Assembly (NCBI GenBank): GCA_963841915.1
Contig: CAWJEN010000006.1
Coordinates: 896,001-960,000, forward strand
DNA: 64,000 nucleotides
Source: an uncultured Planctomycetota bacterium
GTDB taxonomy: Bacteria > Planctomycetota > Phycisphaerae > Tepidisphaerales > Tepidisphaeraceae
Direction of reading: 5' to 3'
How positions within the stretch are numbered: the first letter of the stretch is position 1; every line of letters starts with the position of its first letter. The notes beneath the pieces are model-generated. The model did not search any database, was not told the DNA's origin, and saw only the letters and a list, made by a program, of their open reading frames with translations. Position numbers and translations under genes: made by a program. This document shows positions 62,160-64,000 of this stretch, piece by piece.

Positions 62160-63458
62160 TTAGTCACGGCCCAGCAGCGCCCGCTGCAGGTTCTTCATGC
62201 TCTGACGTAGCCGTTGCTCGTTCTCGACGAGGGCAATTCGCACCCATTGCCGCCCTTGCTCCCCGAAGCCGCTGCCGGGGGCTAAGGCGACTTCGGCCTC
62301 GTCGAGCATCCGAATGCTGAAGTCGATGTCGTCTTCACCCGGCTTCAGGTGCTCGTCGGCGATTTTGGCCCAGACGAACATGCTCGCCCGTGGCTTGTCG
62401 TACTGCCAGCCGAGTTTGTCGAGGCCGCGGCAGACTTCGTCACGTCTGGCTTCGTACTTCAACGCCTGATCACGCGGCGTGTCTGCACACTCGCGCATCG
62501 CGATGACGCCGGCAATTTGGATCGGGTTGAAGCTGCCGTAGTCGTAGTAGCCCTTGATGGTCTTGAGGGCGGCGATCATTTCGGCATTGCCGCAGCAGAA
62601 ACCGACACGCCAGCCGGCCATGTTGTACCCCTTGCTCATCGTCGTGAACTCCACGCCGACCCGCTTGGCCCCCGTTGCCGCCAGGAAGCTCGGCGGCCTG
62701 TAGCCGTCGAAGCCGATGTCGCCGTAGGCAAAGTCGCTCATGCAGATGACGCCGTACCGGTTGCACAGATCCGCCGCCGCCTGCATGAAGTCGGCATCCA
62801 CCGTCGCAGCCGTCGGATTGTGCGGGTAGTTGAGGATGAGCAGCTTGGGCCGCGGGAACACGTCGCGGATGGAGTGCTCGACGCGATCCAGAAACGCCTG
62901 ATCGGTGCCGAGCGGGATGCGGATGACGTTCGCCCCCGCCATAGCCGGGCCGTAGAGGTGAATCGGGAACGCCGGGTCGGGCACGACGGCCGTATCACCG
63001 GGTCCCAGCAGGGCCAGGCAAAGGTGACTGATGCCTTCCTTGGAGCCGATGGTGACGATGACCTCGGTCTCAGGGTCGAGCGTGACGCCGTGCTCCTTCT
63101 GGTACTTCTTGGCCACCTCCCGCTTCAGACCGGCGATGCCGCTGGCGGCCATCTGGTAGCGGTGATTGCCCTTGTCCTGCGCCGCTTCGGTGAGCTTGTC
63201 GATCACCGGTTGCGGCGTCGGGTCGGTCGGGTTGCCCATGCCCAAATCGATGACGTCGCGGCCTTCCTGCCGCATCCGCAGCTTGGCGGCGTTGATGCGA
63301 CCAAAGAGGTAGGGCGGCAACCGCTTGAGCCGCGGCGCGACGTCAAAACTCATCGGCAGCTCGGCCACCGCTGGCCCGTCCCGCTCGGCCACGTCGCCCT
63401 CCTCGATCGGCAGCACTTCGGGGGTTTGAGCGGCTTCGTCAAGGGTGGCTGTGGACAC
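62160..63458 (-). CDS. PLP-dependent aminotransferase class I/II (AlaC / LL-DAP aminotransferase-like)
   Basis: LPPYLF, IDLGMGNP, IGSKEG, NYPHNPT, DFAY, TMSKGYNMAGWRVG. Confidence 0.92.
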   Translation of the reverse strand: MSTATLDEAAQTPEVLPIEEGDVAERDGPAVAELPMSFDVAPRLKRLPPYLFGRINAAKLRMRQEGRDVIDLGMGNPTDPTPQPVIDKLTEAAQDKGNHRYQMAASGIAGLKREVAKKYQKEHGVTLDPETEVIVTIGSKEGISHLCLALLGPGDTAVVPDPAFPIHLYGPAMAGANVIRIPLGTDQAFLDRVEHSIRDVFPRPKLLILNYPHNPTAATVDADFMQAAADLCNRYGVICMSDFAYGDIGFDGYRPPSFLAATGAKRVGVEFTTMSKGYNMAGWRVGFCCGNAEMIAALKTIKGYYDYGSFNPIQIAGVIAMRECADTPRDQALKYEARRDEVCRGLDKLGWQYDKPRASMFVWAKIADEHLKPGEDDIDFSIRMLDEAEVALAPGSGFGEQGRQWVRIALVENEQRLRQSMKNLQRALLGRD

Positions 63459-63469
63459 GTCGCCTCATG

Positions 63470-64000
63470 CTACGGCAGGGTCGGTTGCGTCGCCGGTGCC
63501 GTCGTGGGCATCAACCCCGACCGCGTCGAAGGCGCAGGCTCCGTCGTCGGTCGCTGACGCTCCATTTGGTCTCTCAGCTCGTCCGTCTCCGTCGGTTGCG
63601 GACGGAGCAAGGCCAGCCTGTCGGCGAACTGCCGGGCAAGCACCTCATCCCGCAGATCAAGGACGCCCTCTCGCGAAAGCAGCTGGGCGTACGTCTGCCG
63701 CATCCTGACCATGATCTGGTCGGCCAGCTCGACCGTGATCTGCTCACGCAGTTCGTCCTTCACGTTGTCGTACTCGACGGCCGTCGGTGGCAGGATCTCC
63801 TCGAGCTTCGCCACGACAAAAGCACCTTCTGACTGGACCGCGTCGCTGACGTCGCCCGGCTTCAGGTTGAACATCGCCTGCTTCAACGGCAACGGCACCG
63901 ACGACTCCCGCGTGAACGGCTCGATCTTGCCTGCCTGTGACGACAAAACCGGGTCGCTGTTGAGCTCGCGGGCCAGCGTCTCGAACGCTTCGCCGGCGTC
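63470..64000 (-). CDS. PpiC/SurA-type peptidyl-prolyl isomerase (5' part outside window)
   Basis: GEAFETLARELNSD...AGKI...AMFNLKPGDVSDAVQSEGAFVV parvulin-like pattern. Confidence 0.75.
   Translation of the reverse strand, partial: DAGEAFETLARELNSDPVLSSQAGKIEPFTRESSVPLPLKQAMFNLKPGDVSDAVQSEGAFVVAKLEEILPPTAVEYDNVKDELREQITVELADQIMVRMRQTYAQLLSREGVLDLRDEVLARQFADRLALLRPQPTETDELRDQMERQRPTTEPAPSTRSGLMPTTAPATQPTLP

Overview
GC-rich bacterial chromosomal segment, most likely from Planctomycetota (Phycisphaerae-like). This is an inference from the PEP-CTERM proteins with dockerin-like repeats, the prepilin-leader proteins, a LEPR-xLL-like motif and the rplY-pth-rpsF-ssb-rplI order without rpsR. The window holds about 60 CDSs, mostly housekeeping (leuB, miaA, queG, ffh, dnaB, rplI, ssb, rpsF, pth, rplY, prs, a short glmU, type III glnA, glyA, recX, lpdA, ispF, kbl, truB, tal, cmk, a DEAD-box helicase). 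It also has tRNA-Gln(TTG), tRNA-Tyr(GTA) and five PEP-CTERM surface proteins. I found no transposase, integrase, prophage, CRISPR array or rRNA. The most striking non-coding signal is a ~270-290 bp cassette present three times (2832-3119, 35992-36257, 56904-57180). Each copy carries a pair of perfect parS palindromes (TGTTCCACGTGGAACA) framed by three more conserved GC-rich boxes at near-fixed spacing. Each copy starts just after a stop codon in the same orientation relative to transcription, and the spacer between the two parS sites appears inverted in one copy. At least 19 genes have a TAnnnT -10-like hexamer only 5-8 nt before the start codon, which suggests pervasive leaderless mRNAs. Several families of short periodic inverted repeats lie in intergenic spacers. 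Five net +1 frameshifts between ~48 and ~57.4 kb are probably sequencing or assembly errors.
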